Assembly: GCF_036321535.1 (NCBI RefSeq)
Contig: NC_087437.1
Span: 2,852,001-2,916,000, forward strand
Direction of reading: 5' to 3'
Length of the DNA: 64,000 bases
Origin: Camelus dromedarius
Lineage: Eukaryota
A program made the position numbers and the translations under genes. The number at the start of each line of letters is the position of its first letter. Position 1 is the stretch's first letter. Below the pieces are notes generated by a model. The model had not been told where the DNA came from, ran no database searches, and was given only the letters and a program-made list of their open reading frames with translations. Shown piece after piece: positions 62,462-64,000 of the stretch.

Positions 62462-62663
62462 CACAGGTCAGCCCCTGGGGACAGAGCAAGGGGGAGGAGA
62501 AAGGGGAGCAGATGTGGAGGAACACACGGAATATTCAGCATGTTAATACTGACATAAAATTCAAAGCAACACAGTAGAAACCATCTGTCCTTTATTGAAC
62601 ACCAACTATGGACCTAGCATAAGGAAATGACATAAAGCCAAGGCTGGTGAGTTAAAAAAAAAA
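62462..62663 (+). mobile_element. Orphan retroposed non-L1 sequence with poly(A) and TSD
   Basis: 17-bp TSD gtaattggtgtagagta (62445-62461, 62664-62680); A10 tail. Confidence 0.8.
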
Positions 62664-63950
62664 GTAATTGGTGTAGAGTAACTTGCACATATTTAAGACT
62701 TGAAGTTTGAACACACATACGGTTGTAAATACATTAACAAAATCCAAGATAATGAGCGTATTTCTTACATCCCGCCCCCAAGTCTTTCTGTAATCACTCT
62801 CTGTGGACACTCCCTGCATTCTCTTCTCTTTTCCCTGTCTGCAGGCGACCCACGGCAGCTTTCTGTCACTGTAAATTTGCTTACATTTTCTAGAGGTTTA
62901 TATAAATTTAATCATTATGCACTCATTTTAGTGTCTAATTTCTTTCACTCAGCATAATTATTTTGAGAGTCATCTATGTTGTGTGTATCAATGGGTCATT
63001 CCTTTTTCATTGATGAATAGTATTCCACTGTATGGATATACCAGAGTTTCTCTATCTAGTCACCAGTTGATGAACATTTGCATTGTTTCTCCCTGGTGGT
63101 TACTGCAAATAAATGTGGACATTGGTGTGAGTCTCTTTGGGGACGTATGCTTTCTTTCCTTTTGGGTAAGTCCTGGCATGAAATGACTGTATTGTATTTT
63201 AGGTGCCTGTTTTACCTGTTAAGAAATCGCTAACCTCTCTTCCAAAGCAGTTGTTGCGCTCTGCATTCCCACCAGCGGTGTTGGAGAGTTCTAGTTCCTC
63301 CATATTCTTGCCAACATTTGAAATGGTCAGTTTTTAAAGTTTTAGCCCCTCTAATAGATATGCAGTGATATCTAATTGAAATTTTATTTTCAATTTCATA
63401 TTTAAATTATAATTATGTTGATCATCGTTTATGTGCTTATTTGGCATCCATGTATCTTCCTTGATGAATTGTGTATTTATATCTCTTGCTCATTTTTAAA
63501 AAATTGGGTTGTTTGTTTTCTTGGTTTTTACTTTTTATAGTTCTTTATGTATTTTGATTTGTGTTCCTTATCAGAGATATACTTTGCAAATAATTCTCCC
63601 AATCTGTGGCTTGTCTTTTCATTCTCTTAATGGTGGTTTCCGAAGGGCAAGCATTTTGAATTTTTGTAAAAGGTCTGACTTATCAGTTGTCTCTTTCCTG
63701 GATCATGCTTTCAGTATCATGTCTAAGACATTTCTGCCTAACTCAAGATCACAAAGATTGTCTCCTATGTCTTCTTTAAGAATTTTTAGTTTGAGGTTTT
63801 ATGTTTAAGTCTATGTTCCATTTCAATTAATTTTTATGTATGGTGCAAGATTGAATCAAAATTCACTTCCTTTGCATAGCCAATAATGCTGGTAGCACTT
63901 GTTGGCAGGACGATCATTTTTCCAGTAAATTGCCTTTGCATTTTTGAGAA
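62664..63950 (-). mobile_element. Old L1 (L1M-type) 3' region; begins near 62420 and is split by the orphan insert
   Basis: Degenerate L1 ORF2/3'UTR antisense text. Confidence 0.85.
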
Positions 63951-64000
63951 TAATCCTGGAAGAGTCAAGGAGAAGATGGCACTTGATCCAGACTTGGAAG

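Noticed and set aside
1..64000. CRISPR arrays, operons, defence systems, rRNA
   Set aside because: No repeat-spacer arrays or prokaryotic gene organisation; the sequence is mammalian.

Overview
This is mammalian genomic DNA, most likely camelid (alpaca/llama/camel). That inference rests on 13 copies of a tRNA-Ala-derived SINE of the Vic-1 type and on cetartiodactyl-type L1 3' ends. There are no prokaryotic features, no CRISPR array, no true tRNA or rRNA gene, and no intact protein-coding gene I can support. Much of the window is interspersed repeat: SINEs, L1 fragments, ERV solo LTRs with 4-bp target-site duplications (TSDs), MaLR LTRs and MER DNA-transposon relics. The non-repeat islands hold about 20-25 exon-like segments, all on the minus strand, from about 62 kb to beyond base 1. 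They have AG/GT splice signals, and several runs join in compatible phases to give protein-like peptides. They also carry scattered nonsense codons and at least two dead splice sites. I read this as a large decayed multi-exon gene (unitary-pseudogene candidate) that I cannot name. One of its exons contains a cluster of RFX X-box motifs. Other notable structures are a spliced L1 retrocopy, an orphan poly(A)/TSD retroposition of non-L1 sequence, two L1s stacked in one target site, and an LTR nested in another LTR. Repeat family names come from recognition by eye and need RepeatMasker/Dfam confirmation.
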